A stretch of DNA of 64,000 bases from the human T2T-CHM13v2.0 reference genome, Homo sapiens, in assembly GCF_009914755.1 (NCBI RefSeq), contig NC_060925.1; one strand, given 5' to 3'. The notes under the pieces were generated by a model. The model did no database searches. It had not been told where the DNA came from and was given only the letters and a program-made list of their open reading frames with translations. The translations under genes and the position numbers were made by a program. This document shows positions 1 through 24,967 of this stretch, piece by piece (the first letter of the stretch is position 1; every line of letters starts with the position of its first letter).

Positions 1-119
1 AAGTGGTGGAGAGGTGATGTGTTAATAGATTGAATGTGGGGTACAAGATAAAGACAAGAATAAAAAATCAGTAAAAAAGTACAAAAGTCAAAGTACAAAA
101 ATCAGTTTGATTTGAGTAA

Positions 120-690
120 CTGGATAAATAGTGATGTCGTTTACTGAGAGCGCATGTGAGGAGACAGGAGCAAGGTTTTTTTTGGCGGGGGGGAATGTCC
201 AATTTTACTTCAAACATATTAAACTGGAGATCCCTATTAGATTTCCGAATGGAGCTACTGAGTAAACAATTGGAAATATGAACCTGGGGCTCATACAAGG
301 GACAATGAGAGGTATAAATTAAGGATTAATTAAGTTATAAATGGCATACATAGCCATGGGGTGGAGAGAAATCAATGTGGAAGCAAAGAGAAGCAGTTTA
401 AAGACTGAGACCTCTAATCCTGAGGCATTCCAACTAATAAAGGTCAGAGAGGAGGAACATACAGCAAAATTTATTTAAAAAGAGTAGCCAGGAAATAGGA
501 AGAATAAAACTCAAAAGTGAGGGGTCTTATAAAACAAACCAAAAAAAAAAAGCTTCAAGAAGGGGCTATAATCTCCATCATTCCTGTCATAAAACAGGTT
601 AAGATAACTGGAAATTGACCATCGGACTTGGAAAATGGAGGATTAGACCATGGCAAGTCATCTTAGTGGAAGCTATAGGGATAGAGGCCT
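120..690 (-). mobile_element. Degraded L2 LINE fragment
   Basis: Resembles the L2 3' region (e.g. TTCAAACATATTAAACTGGAGATCCCTATTAGATTTCCGAATGGAG); highly diverged, ends approximate. Confidence 0.55.
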
Positions 691-1003
691 CCCTTTCTAT
701 GATCTGCTTTTTGTACCCACTGTTTTGTGGACACCATGGTTATTACCACCAAATCAATAGCTATTACCACTGAATTCTCCCTTTCTTATTTGGGCTTTCC
801 TATTGAATTTGAGGTTGTGATGATTATTATCCCTTGTGTATCCATCTTGTGACAGATACTCAATCCCACTGGTTTCCGTAACACTATATTCCACGGTTTT
901 GTTTTTATCTCTCTAATCATTTATTTAATTAGCTTCTCTTCCCCTTCATTCTACATGTTCTTTCAGTGATTGTATCCATTCTCACATTTAAACTACTGTC
1001 CAG

Positions 1004-1283
<280 letters not shown>

Positions 1284-1317
1284 CTACCATCCACGTAATG
1301 ATGACTTCCAAGTCTTT

Positions 1318-2456
<1,139 letters not shown>

Positions 2457-2466
2457 TTACAGCTTT

Positions 2467-2893
2467 CTTTCTCCTTTTTTCTCTTTCTTTTTTCTTTCTC
2501 TTTCTTTTCTTTTTTCCTTCCTTTCTCTTTCCCTCCCTCCCTCCTTTCCTTTTTTCCCTCCTTTCTCTTTCTCTCTTTATTTCTTTCTTTTCCTTTCTCT
2601 CTCTCTCTTTCTCTCTAGACAGAGTCTCTGTCACCCAGGCTGCAGTGCAGTGGCACAATCTCGGCTCAGTGCAACGTCAGCCTCCCAGGTTCAAGCTGTT
2701 CTCCTGCCTCAGCCTCCCAAGTAGCTAGGATTACAAGCACCCGTCACCACACCCGGCTAATGTTTGTATTTTTAGTAGCAACAAGGTTTCACCATGCTGG
2801 CCAATCCGGTCTTGAACTCCTGACCTCAAGTGATCCACCCACCTCGGCCTCCCGAAGTGCTGGGATTACAGGCATAAGCCACCGCACCCAGGC
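2467..2893 (-). mobile_element. Alu with tail expanded into a CT-rich low-complexity tract (2467-2616)
   Basis: Antisense Alu body 2617-2893; flanking ACAGCTTT repeats. Confidence 0.9.
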
Positions 2894-2909
2894 TTTAACA
2901 GCTTTATTA

Positions 2910-3326
<417 letters not shown>

Positions 3327-3906
3327 CTAAGTAAAAAAAAAAAAAAGTATACATTTCAATGGCTTTTTGTATACTCATAGATACATGTGACCATCACCAC
3401 AGTCAATTTTAGAGTATTTACACCACCTCAAAAAGAAACCTAGTGCCTTTTAAGTTAATCCCCATTCCATCTTCCCATTCCCTCATCCAGAACCCTAAGA
3501 AACCATTCATCTATTTTCTGTGTCTATAGATTCCTGTGCTCTAGACTTCCATATGAATGGAATCATATAGTATGTGCTCTTTTGTGACTGGCTTCTTTAA
3601 CTGAGCACAATATTTTCAAGGTTCATCCATGTTGTAGCATTAATCAGTACTTCATTTCACCTTATGGACAAATAATATTCCATAGTGTGGATGAGCCACA
3701 TTTTATGTGTTCATCTGTTGATGAATATTTCAGTTGTTTCCACCTTTTGGCTATTATGAATAATGTTGCTATCAACATTAATATACAAGTTTCTGTGTGA
3801 ACGTGTTTTTATTTCTCTTGGGTATATACCTAGGAATGAATGGAATTGCTGGGTCATATGGTTAACTCTATATTTAAACATCTGAGGAACTGCCAGGCTG
3901 TTTTCC

Positions 3907-4192
<286 letters not shown>

Positions 4193-4482
4193 TGCCAGGC
4201 TGTTTTCCAACGCAGTTGCACCATTTTACATTCACAGCAGCAGTGTATGAAAATTCCAATTTCTCCCCATCCTTGACAACACTTATCTCACTTTTTGATT
4301 CTAGTCATCCCAGTGGCTGTGAAGTGGTATCTCATTGTGGTTTTGATCTGCAATTCTCTGATGACTGATGATGTCGAGTATTTCTTCATGTGCTTATATA
4401 GGTCACTTTTATATCTTTTCTGGAGGAATGTCTATTCAGATCCTTTGCCCACTTTTAAATTGACTTTTCTTTAAAAAAAAAA

Positions 4483-5540
<1,058 letters not shown>

Positions 5541-5985
5541 TAAGTATATATTCTAGATACAAGTCTCTTATCAGATATCAGATATGTGATTTGCAAATAT
5601 TTTCTCCCTTTCTGCGGGTTGTGTTTCATCATGATGTCCCTTGAGGCACAAAACTTTTAAATTTTGATGCGTTCCAACTTATATTTTTGTTGTTGCTCAT
5701 GCTTTTGGTGCCATATCTAAGGAGACTTTGCAAAACCCGAAGTCATGAAGATTTTACCCGTGTTGTCTTCTAAGAACTTTAGTTTTAGCTCTTTTACATC
5801 ACTCATCAATTTTATCTTTTGTAAACAGTGTGAGGTAAAAATCGAACTTCAGTCCTTTGCATGTGGCTACCCAGTTGTCCCAGCACCATTTGTTGAAAAA
5901 CTATTATTTCCATATGGGATGGTCTTGGCACCCTTGTCAAAAATCAATTGACTATAGATATATGAGTTTATTTCTGGAATCTTAA

Positions 5986-6367
<382 letters not shown>

Positions 6368-6738
6368 GATTTTTTGTATGCAAGATAATGCCATCTGTGA
6401 ATATGGTTTTATCTCTTCCTTTCCAGTCTGGATGCCTTTTCTTTCTCTCGCCTGATTGCTCTGGCTAGAACCTTCAGCACAATGCCAACTTGAAGTGGCA
6501 AGAGTGAATATCCTTGTGTTCCTGATATTGGAGGAAAAGTATCCAGTCTTTCACCATTAAGCTATGATGTTGGCTATAGGTTACTCATAGGTGCACTTTT
6601 ATCAAGTTGACCAAGTCCCTGTCTATTCCTGCCAATGGCACCTTAACATTCCAAAGCTGAACTCACTTTTGCTCTAGCTTCTGTCAAACCCAAACTGTTC
6701 TGATTCTTGATATTTCTTAGTTGGCACCACTATTAACC

Positions 6739-6968
6739 TGTCTTAGGTTGGATTCTCTAAAAGCAGAGCCTGAGAAAGTGATTCTGCACAAATGGTTTAT
6801 TGAGGGAGTGCTCTCAAGTAAAACCTGTAATAAAGTGAGGGAAGCAATATAGGACAGGAGGGGAAGGTTAGCCAAAGTTATAGATTCAGATGGTAAGTTT
6901 AGCCTCCACTAGGAACTCTGGAACATAAATGGCACCACATTTGTCCTACCTTGAGGAAAGGGGGAGGA
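6739..6968 (-). mobile_element. ERVL-class LTR fragment (LTR16/LTR33-like), probable 3' LTR
   Basis: TGTCTTAGGTTGGATTCTCTAAAAGCAGAGCCTGAGA terminus; AATAAA on minus strand at 6796-6801; adjoins ERVL pol remnants. Confidence 0.65.
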
Positions 6969-6977
6969 ATTTTGGAA

Positions 6978-7072
6978 TTTTTTTTTTTTTTCTGAGATGC
7001 AATCTCGCTCTGTCGCCCAGGCTGGAGTGCAGTGATGCGATCTCGGCTCACTGCAACCTCCGCCTCCCAGGT
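6978..7072 (-). mobile_element. Truncated Alu 3' fragment
   Basis: Poly-T + GAGATGCAATCTCGCTCTGTCGCCCAGGCTGG. Confidence 0.9.
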
Positions 7073-7301
7073 CAGGATAAATTTTTGCCTTTTCCAAAAT
7101 GGAAAAGGTTCAGTGTAATCAACTCACCATCAAGTGTCTGGTTGTTCTCCTTGAGTAGTACTGAACTGGGGGCTCAGCATTGGTCTGTTGCTGACAGGTT
7201 GAACACTCAGCAATAGCAGTAGTTAGGTCAGCTTTGGGTGAGAGGAGTCCATGTTTCTAGGTCAATGAGTAGCCTCCATCTCTGCCACCATGGTGATTCT
7301 A

Positions 7302-7612
<311 letters not shown>

Positions 7613-8664
7613 TTAATAGGCTACACTCTCACTGACCCATCCAAATGCTCTTCATCCAACCTTGTCACCCATTTTTAAATCTTGTTTCTTCCAGGCCCCT
7701 GACCAGCAAAGCCACTGACCATGAGTTCTTGTATAACTTTATCTCCAGTCACTTTTTTTTTTTCCTCAAAGGAAATGATCAAGTACATTGCCTGAAGCCA
7801 TACACACTAAGATTTCCCTCATCACTGTCTTTCAGAACCACCCAAGTCTCAGTGAGAGGCTGTAGTCCATCTGGCTTACCCCAACATAACAGGGCAGTCT
7901 ACCCATAAACCAGGCCTAGATTTTTCCCTCCTTTGTGAGGTGGTTGAAGGAATTTCTGTATGGCCAGAGGCATGAGCTAAGAAAAAGGAATCAGTGCACC
8001 AGAGGTAGGTGACAGGGGAGTGCTGGGGCCCCTTGCTCAATTTAACTTACTTGTGCCACTAAGTTTGCTTGGGCTTCTTCCCAAATGTACCATTTCCACT
8101 GTAAGATGGCTTGCTGCTATATACACCCAACCTCATGACTTGGAGGGTCTAATGATAACCAGCTGGTTATATGGGCAACTGGTCACACGGTCACTTGATA
8201 TCTCATGGTCAGGCACTGAGTCTCTTCCAGGGCCTAACAGCAAACCAGAAAATGCATTTCAAATGGTAAAACTTTTTCTGCTAAAAATGGCATCACCTTA
8301 CTCCAGAATCCTGGAGGTCTGGGCTGGAACCGTCCCTCCTACTGGGTATTATCAAAGAATCTAGTCTCTTTTCCTACCACAGATACCTCTAATACAATGG
8401 AATTTTCCAGGTGATATGGCCCCCCTGGACCTGTTGCAGAGCTGTTTCTTGCATCCCCAAGTGCAGAATATGCTGCCTCCAAAACCGTAAGAGGCCTGAA
8501 ATAACCTGTACTTTACTTTAGAGGTGATGTTCCAGAATGCTTCAGACCACTGAACTAAAAATTTCACCAATGTCGCAGGCCCCTGCATCTTTGCAGCATT
8601 TATCCCCCATCACCTTGAGTATATATGTCTAACCAAGGAATCCAGAGTACTTGACACTGCTTAG

Positions 8665-9194
<530 letters not shown>

Positions 9195-10089
9195 TGCTAG
9201 ATTAGCAGCTATATACCTATAAAAGAGGCTGTTACTTTGTCTAGTAAAGAAAGCATACCCAACACAGCACTGCAATTGGACTACTACTTGCTTAAGTTTG
9301 TAGTATTCCATTGTTATTCACCATAGGCCATCTAGTTTTTGCACAGGTCAAACAGCTGAAACTGAATGTGACTATAATGGAGACAACACCTCTACAACCT
9401 TTAAGTCTTTAAGGGTTGAACTAATCTCTGCCATTTTCCCCAGAATACAGTATATTTACTATCTTGGCAGAGGTGGGGATGCAGTTTCAGGAGCATGGCC
9501 TTTCTGCCAAAACTGCTAAACATATTCATTCTGATTATACATTTGGAAATGGGGGAAATGATCATAATGTGGGTTTTTGGACCCACTGTGAGAGCAGGGT
9601 TGGGGGTGTTGAGAGGGGAAGACACTGTGGTGGTACTTCAGGTTCCTGGGTATCAATGCCAACTCAGACCCTGTAACCCTGTTTCCCAAGTCAAAAACTT
9701 CTGCATATTCTTTTCCCAGTGTTTGGTTGTGATATTGTAAAATATGTATTTGGTCTTTAACCCCTTTTCCTGGAATATAACTTCTAAAATCCTTAAAATC
9801 TTCAAAGTGATGTCTTATTGTATTCCAATGAGTTGACTGATGGTTGGCATCCCCTAGGTAGCTTCAGGTTCAGGGTCAGTCAACAAAAAGACCAAAGCAG
9901 TATTAGAGGGTTGGAACTTTCAACCCCACCCCCAAACCTCTAGGGAGGACAGAGGGGCTGAATTTTAAATTAATCACCAATGGCCAATGGTTCAGCTAAT
10001 CATGCCTATATATAAAGCCTCCATAAAAACCCAAAAAGACAAGATCTAGACAGCTTCCAAGATGTCAAACACATGAGGGTTTATAGAAT

Positions 10090-10821
<732 letters not shown>

Positions 10822-11884
10822 TAATATCCTTTAAATAAACTGAAATATGTAAGTAAGTGTTTCCCCAAGTTTTGTGGGCCACTCTAACAAATTAACCAAA
10901 CCCAAGGAGCTGGCTGTAGACACCCTGATTTATAGCACAGGCAAAATAACCCAGGAATTGCAATTGACATCAGAAGTTGGGGGGGAGAGTCTCAGTGATT
11001 GATTGGTCAACCTGTGGGATCTGACACTGTCTCCAGGTAGACAGTGTCAGAATTAAAGTAAATTAGAGGATATCCAGCTGTTATCCACTGCAGAATTGCT
11101 TGCTTGTTGAGGGGAGGGAATTCCACACGTGATTACAGAAGAGTTCTGTGTCACTCATTGTGGTGTGAGAACAGAGGATGAACAGTGCTTTTCCACTCAA
11201 TGATTAACTGATAAATGTCTCTTTCCATTGATAGTTTATGAGTCTAAGAACTATCTCAGGCTTAAAAACTGGACAAGAAATGGGGACTTTTCTTTGAAGT
11301 TTCTGACTTCAGCCTTCTGTTCAACCATTCTTGATCTCCCTTATATATAAGACAATACTCTTCTTGGTTGCCCATCTATCCTGCTCCTAGGACCACTCAC
11401 ATTCCGTTAGCCATCTCCACTTTGACCTTGCTACCCTTAAGGAAATTTACTCACCTTGCTTCTGAGAGTTAAGTGTTGCCACCTGGCCTCTGCTATGTCA
11501 GGATCCTATCATTCCCCCACTGCTACTAGGAAAACAGTTTCTTTTACATCTTGTATCAGCTTCGATCTAGAGAGACAGCCACTTCTAAATTTCTCAAAGA
11601 TGCTGGTAACCCTTCATCAGTGCCTTTCCCATTGTCTTTATTAAAAAATAATTCCCAGGTCTTTCTGGGGTAGTCAGCTGGTGGGTTTACCAGTGTTATA
11701 TAACATTCATTCTTGCATACCCATTTCCTCTAAGTCTTTTGGTCCTTTTTTGTATGGTCTGCCGTCTCCACGTCATTCAATATGGGCCAATGTTTTCTCC
11801 TAGCTCCCCAAAGCCATCTTAACATCATATTATAACTGCCTCATGGGGCTTTGACAAGACCTTCCAGAGTCACAGGAAAATGTC

Positions 11885-14626
11885 CCAATTATCAAAAAGT
11901 CTGTATTAATTCAATTCTTAATTCATGAAGCCACCCATACAATCACAAATTTATCTAACACATTTAATTTTGGAACAAAGGAGCAACTCCTTTAAAGTTT
12001 GAGAGTCGCATAAATATTTCATATACAGCTTAAACCTAAGCTTTGTAACGATTATTTTTGAGCAGCAGAAAAGGAAGGCTAGAGAAATGCTAGAGATGTC
12101 CTTACTAGTGACACATTCTTGCTGAAGAACAAGTTCTCTGGAAGTGAAACTCAAATAGGAGAGAACAAGAGATACAGGTAGGTATCAGTTCTGCTAGGGT
12201 CTTCAGAGAGACCGAGGGCCCCAAAACAGTGCTACTCAAAGATGATCTGCAGACTTGTGCTGGTCAGTGAACACCTTTTTTTTTTTTTCACCAGTCTGTG
12301 ACATGGTGAATTAGAAATTGAGAGTGTTTAAAAACTTTTTAGCATTTCAATGTTGCTGTGATATCCAAGTACATGATCAATGGACTTAACCTACAGAACA
12401 GTCTGGCCAGTTTGGGTGCTGTCAAACTTGCCGGGTCGGCAGCACACAGTGTGAACTCCATACCTGTCATGGGCAATAGGAATGCATATTGATAAGTGAA
12501 GGACTGGAAAACAAAAAACCTGGTCCTTTACCATACATAGTTTGAGAAAGACTGCCCTAGAGTACCATAACTCCACCACAAGTCCTGGAATAATTCCAAA
12601 AGTTTTTGGAACAAAGTGTGACCTGAGGTCAACCTGCTCACATTCAATCAAAATCAAAATAAAAATGAGTGCCTTGGGAACAAAGATAAAGTGGACTAGG
12701 GCATCTATTTAGATTCCTGGAGTAAGCCCTGGCTAGGCTAGCAGAAGTGAGAATCTGTAAAAGAAAACTGGTAGGACAGAAGGCACAAGGTTCATAGAGA
12801 AGGGCTCTTTTGTTCTTCCCTCCTCCTCTCTATCCTTGTCCAGTTTTTGGCTGGAGCTTTAAGGAGAAAATAGTGACACTGAAGCCCCATGACTATATCA
12901 CAAGTATACCTGTATTTTTTCCATCTCTGGCAGAACAGAGACGTTTTACATTCAGATCTGGGCTCTTCCATGCTCTGGTAAGGTATAGGAGTTGGAATTT
13001 CCCAAATAGCCTGAGACCTTGAGAACATTTCCTTCCTCACCAATACCATAAAACATGTAAGGTCTTCAAGGGGTGAAAAGTTTTAACCTCGGGGCAAGTG
13101 ACATGTCAGAAGCTCAAAGCGACTCATAATGCATGTGAATTTGCTTTGGAGAGACTTATCTTCTGAGTGAACCAGGACAGCCAGCTGAGCTGACCAGAGT
13201 ACCTACCAACATATGTCAGCCAAGGTCCGTAGACCCACTGGGAGCCACAGAAAAAAAGCCACGTCAGCTTAAAGAAAAATAATTTAGAAAACATAACAAT
13301 ATATTACTAACATTAATAACAATAATGTAAAAGGTTAAAATATAATACCACTTGAAGGGCTTTCTACATTGAAATACTCAAGGGAACATGAGGAAAGATG
13401 GCCATCCAGTCTCCTTTGCCAACTGAGGTGCAGACTGAGTTGTGGAAGGTGGGTGTTGATGGAACCCAGCATTACAATATTGTGTAGAACTAGTCTCCTA
13501 ATATACCTCACTCTGCAACTTACGGAAGCTGAGGAAGATCAGAAAAAGACCACACTCCTCACTCAGAATATTTATTATATTCTGCCCCATGGGGCCTTGC
13601 AGGAAAAGGGACCCAAGCTATACCCCTACTCCTTTTCCAAGCTACTTTCCTGAACCAAGGGACAGGATTCTAAGAGAATCATGTATCTCAAATAAGCCAG
13701 AATGTATCTGGGGAAGAATAGCCATTAATTTCCTAGACCTGACACTGGGTTTATTTGTGTCTGCCAGGAAGACGGGGAGTCAGTGAGAATCGTAAATGGA
13801 CTAGATGAGGGGAAATAGGATGGGCCCTTCTTTATCACAGCTTGAGCTCAAAAAGGTTGGGATAAACAGGTGTTTAAAAAAGAGAGGAGGTAAAAGGGAG
13901 GATGGGCAGGGGATAGAGGAAGGTCAGGGGCTGGGTTCACCCATATCACACAGCATTGTAGGAAGAAGCAGGGTAACCATTTGAGTTCTCAGCCTGGAAC
14001 AGGGAGGTGAGGGCTCAGCACCTAGAGAGAGGAGAATCCTAAGGCCTCTCTTTCAACTCTATTGTGATTAGATGCAAAAGCCCTTTCCCTTTAGAGAATT
14101 CAGAATGGTCTGTCTGAAGGCAAGAGAGCATAGTGACAGACCTGTAGCCCCAGCCCAGGCTGTTTCTCCCCATTCTCAAAGGCTCTGCCAGGAGAACTAT
14201 AGAAATACAGAGTCCCAGGTCTCTGCCCCTCCTCCCCAGATCCAAGAGAGGGAGTAGAGACAAGGCACAAAGACCCTGGACGTAAAGGTGAACATCAGTG
14301 TGGCCACATATAACATTATTTTGAGAAAGGAAAGAAAGTGCATGCCCCAAAAGGGATGCCTTCCTTCACCTTGCAGGTAGCTGGAACTTTGATAGTGGCA
14401 GAAACCACAATGGAGTAGGGTTCACAGAAATGGCCTGTGAAACAGACCCTATTCCTAGAGAGACAGAGGAAAAACCTCAGCTGGTATGGCACAATCTTGA
14501 ATGGGATGACAGAGGGCAGCGGGCAGACTTCTCCCGCAGGTGACACTCCTGCCTCAGGTCCCAATGGTTCTGCTGACTCCAGATGTTCCCCATAGCTGGG
14601 ACTCAGAGAGGAAAACGTGTTGTGTT
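11885..14626 (-). other. PEX19: PEX19 3' UTR (distal end approximate)
   Basis: Follows stop at 14627; candidate poly(A) signals AATAAA 13750-13755 and 13571-13576, ATTAAA 11963-11968, AATACA 11902-11907; distal end partly from recalled ~2.7-kb UTR length. Confidence 0.6.
12227..12554. mobile_element. Non-autonomous hAT-Charlie element within the PEX19 3' UTR
   Basis: Imperfect TIRs CAGTGCTACTCAAA (12227-12240) / TTTGAGAAAGACTG (12541-12554). Confidence 0.7.
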
Positions 14627-20189
<5,563 letters not shown>

Positions 20190-20200
<11 letters not shown>

Positions 20201-20345
20201 CTTGCTACCTCCGACTTGCCGTAGGAGGCGGGACCTCCTCGGTGCCGACACGCCCTCCACCCCTTCGCTCCCGCCCTCTTCTGCCTCGGGTAACCAATGG
20301 TATTGTTGACCAGTGCGGAACCGCCATTTTTAAAGGGCCAGGAAG
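20190..20345 (-). promoter_or_regulatory. PEX19: PEX19 CpG-rich TATA-less promoter
   Basis: CpG-dense; GC box CCGCCC 20271-20276; CCAAT ~20294; ETS-like CGGAA next to YY1-like CGCCATTTT (20316-20330); YY1/TISU-like motif over the ATG. Confidence 0.8.
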
Positions 20346-20612
20346 CTTTGAGTGTTTGTGTTTTGGGTATTTTTCCCTTTTCTCCTGTGAAACAGAATTA
20401 GGGATAAGATAGGGTTATTTTCTGTCTGGTTTTAGAGGCCCGGACTCCTTTCTTTCAACTTCCCAAATTACCTGGCGAAGCTCTTTCATTATTTTTTCCT
20501 GAGCTGTGAGTAGGCCAGATTGAGACAAACTGCCTACAAATAACCAGAATCTAAACATATATAATTGATATGACAATTATGGCACATAACATACTACTTT
20601 CTCTCACTTCAT

Positions 20613-20922
20613 TTTTTTTTTTTTATTTTTTTTTGAGAAGGAATCTTGCTCTGTCGCCTACGCTGGAATGCAGTGGCGCCATCTCGGCTCACTGCAGCCT
20701 TGGCCTCCCGGGTTCAAGCGATTCTTCCTGCCTCAGCCTCCCGTGTAGCTGGGATGACAGGCGCGCGACACCACGTCCGACTAATTTTTGTAGAGACGGG
20801 GTTTTAACATGTTGGCCAGGCTGGTTGGCCAGGCTGGTCTCGAACTCCGGACCTCAGCTGATCCGCCCACCTCGGCCTCCCGAAGTGCTGGGATTACAGG
20901 CGTGAGCCACTGCGCCCGGCTT
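20613..20922 (-). mobile_element. AluS with internal 13-bp duplication
   Basis: TSD CACTTCATT; GTTGGCCAGGCTG repeated at 20811-20836. Confidence 0.93.
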
Positions 20923-22123
20923 CACTTCATTGTTTCCCTCAAATATTATCTTTTCTGAAACGCTTTCCTTGGCCATTCCCGTTCCTTTTCTTCCTAACAC
21001 TGAACAGTATCTGACATACTATCTACCGTACTTTTTTATTCTCCGCTCCCCACCCTGCAGAATTTAAACACCATGAACGCAAAGATTTTCGTCTGTTGTC
21101 TTCACTGCTGTAAAGCCCAACTCCCAGGCTAGGGTTTAAAACTTAGTAGGCATTCATTGGCCACTCTTTGCTCTCGCAGTCCCTAATCAGGCACATCTGT
21201 CTGCCCAATCTAGTGGCATCTCTCATTTCCTATTATCTATTAGAACTGTTTGATTAAAGGACACAGGGCCGGCCAGGAACTTAGAACTCCATGTTATTAA
21301 GAGAGCCTCTGGTACCTTGGACTGAGCAGGGCAATTCGAATGCAGTAGTAATAGACTTACTTTCCCTGAACAATCTCCTTTTCTCCACACAGAACCCAAC
21401 CTCCAACTGAGTGAACACGGGGAATGCTCAGATAGAGGTAACTCTAGACGTCCCTTTCCTCCTTTGGAATTGTTCTATTCAGATGTCAGAATGTAGCAAC
21501 TGTTTCACATACAAATCTGTTTTCGCACTTAGAGAGCACCTATTATTAAGGTCTTGTTCTGGGCACAGTGAGGACAGAGAGATAAATCAGGACCACCCCC
21601 TGCTGTAAGGTAGCTAAGTGGGGGTGAGCCGGAGGTATGATGAGATATACACACAGTATGATACAAGGTAAGAATTTTAAATGAAAAAAAATCCTGTGTT
21701 AAGTCACCTCATCACTTTCATTCTTAGCTTCCTAAACACACATTTGAGTACTGCATCAAGCACCAGATCAAGCACTTACTATGTCCTTCACAGATAGGGC
21801 ACAGACTTGTAAAATCATATCTGCAAAACCTGTTTTCTTCCAACCACAAGTAGTGTGTTTTGGGATCAAAATATTATGAACTGTGAGTTAGAAAGCCTAA
21901 ATTCCAGCCCCAATTCTGCCACTAATCACTTTTGAAGTCCTTTACAATTCTAAACTTCTGTAATCAAATCCTTTCCTGATAAACCTGTTTTCCAACACCT
22001 GCAACATAATTTATTCCAGACTTTCTCATTCAAACTGCTTACACGTGTATCTCCAATATGGCTATAGTTGTAACAAGCACGTCAAAAAAAGAAAACTTGT
22101 CTATCAACAGGCATCTCTATTGG

Positions 22124-22413
<290 letters not shown>

Positions 22414-22751
22414 CAATTGGCTTTAAACTAATGTAATATAAGCATGTTAATTAAAAGATAATAGATGATAATTAAAATGGAGTCAAAAACAAGCATGATT
22501 CTTTCTTTGCATTATTTCTTAAACTTCTTTCTGCTTTTCTATTTTTACTCCTAATATTCCTAACATCTCATCTCAGTATTTACTGACCTACTGACTGCTC
22601 CTTCTGCCCTTCTAATGTATAGCGAATACTGTTGAATAACAGTATTTTATAACGCTTTCATATCACTCTGTTCCTTAAGGATTTAATGGTTCTCCACAGT
22701 TTATCGAACAAATTCTAATTCTTGCCTGGGAGTCACAATTATTTCACATCT

Positions 22752-23289
<538 letters not shown>

Positions 23290-23504
23290 TAGGGATGCTG
23301 TTTAAAAAAGCAACTCTTAAGATAAAGCTAAAAAATACAACGTATAGTATGAAGAGAAGTAAAAAACAAAGTGAAGCTCCCTAATATATTGATACGAGAA
23401 AATACCAAAAATGTTAAATGAAAAAACAAAGGTACAAAATTGTTAAATAGTGTGGTTTCATTTGTGTATAAAAGGAGATAGAGAATGGCATAGTGATATC
23501 AGCA

Positions 23505-23546
23505 TGTGCATGTATATGTGTGTGTGTGTATATATATATATATATA
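23505..23546. repeat. (TG)n(TA)n microsatellite in an old L1M fragment
   Basis: GTGTGTGTGTGTATATATATATATATA. Confidence 0.9.
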
Positions 23547-24046
23547 AAATTTCTGGAAGGATGTAAGAAAGCTGGTAACAGTGGTTACCTGTTTAGGGGA
23601 AGGTGATAGGAACTGGGTGGCTGATGAAAGGGTGGAAAGATTTGTCACAGAATAGCTTTTTATATTTACTGATTTTTCAACTATATGCATTTATTATTTA
23701 TTGAAAACATGAATTTAACACGCAAAAAAGTACTTATTTTAATCGAAGGCACAGTAATGTCACTCTACCCAATTATTCTTAGCATATGACAAGCAAAATA
23801 TTGTATTGTTAATGTAATCATTGTATCATTGTAATATATATAAAGTACTATTCTTTTATCTGTATATTACATGTAAAATATCTAGAACAGTGACAGTCAC
23901 ATGGCAGGTGCTCAATAAATATTGCTATAATTAGCAAAAGATAAAAGGCTGCAATCAAAAACAGAATAAGGGAGCTACTTGCTTTCTATCATTTTCACAG
24001 CAGTTTAGGTCCTCATATATACCCTATGAAAAACATGTGCTTCTTT

Positions 24047-24213
24047 TTTTCTTTCTTTTTTTTTGAGATGGAGTCTCACTCTGTCGCCCAGGCTGGAGTG
24101 CGGTGGCGCGATCTCAGCTTACTGCAACCTCCGCCTCCCGGGTTCAAGCAATCCTCTGCCTCAGCCTCCAGAGTAGCTGGGATTACAGGCACCCACCACC
24201 ATGCCCGGCTAGC
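24047..24213 (-). mobile_element. Alu right monomer in the COPA 3' UTR
   Basis: Poly-T + right-arm consensus; no left arm. Confidence 0.9.
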
Positions 24214-24670
24214 TTTTTTTTTTTTTTTCCAATAGTGGATGTTTATTTTGTAATTAAAAATTATTACTGGAAGGAAGATATGTACTTTGGTGGGGTGCCT
24301 GCATGGGTGAACAAGAACATGAGAGTGTCCAAGAAATAAATGGCCAAGTCAAGAAGCTCTCATAGAGATTTATTTAGTGTGAGAAATATGAGAACAATAG
24401 TTGTAAAGAACAAATCAATAACCCGCAGTGTGCATTTTGGAAAACCAAATAACTTCTTCAAATTTCTGAGTACACAGAGGGTACCTGCCTTGAAATTTAA
24501 ATGTCTAAGGAAAATGGGAGATGATTAAGAGTTGGTGTGGCCTAGTCACACCAAAATGTATTTATTACATCCTGCTCCTTTCTAGTTGACAGGAAAGAAA
24601 GCTGCTGTGGGGAAAGGAGGGATAAATACTGAAGGGATTTACTAAACAAATGTCCATCACAGAGTTTTCC

Positions 24671-24967
24671 TTTTTTTTTTTTTTGAGACAGAGTCTTGCT
24701 CTGTCACCCAGGCTGGAATGAAGTGGTATGATCTCAGTTGAATGCAACCTCCACCTCCTAGGTTCAAGCGATTCTCATGCCTCAGCCTCCTGAGCAGCTG
24801 GGACTATAGGCGCATGCTACCATGCCAGGCTAATTTTTATATTTTTATTAGAGACGGGGTGTTGCCATGTTGGCCAGGCAGGTCTCGAACTCCTGGCCTC
24901 AGATGATCTGCCCACCGTAGCCTCCCAAAGTGCTGGGATTACAGGTATGAGCCACTCCACCCAGCCC
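24671..24967 (-). mobile_element. Alu in the COPA 3' UTR
   Basis: Full dimer; TSD AGAGTTTTC. Confidence 0.94.
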
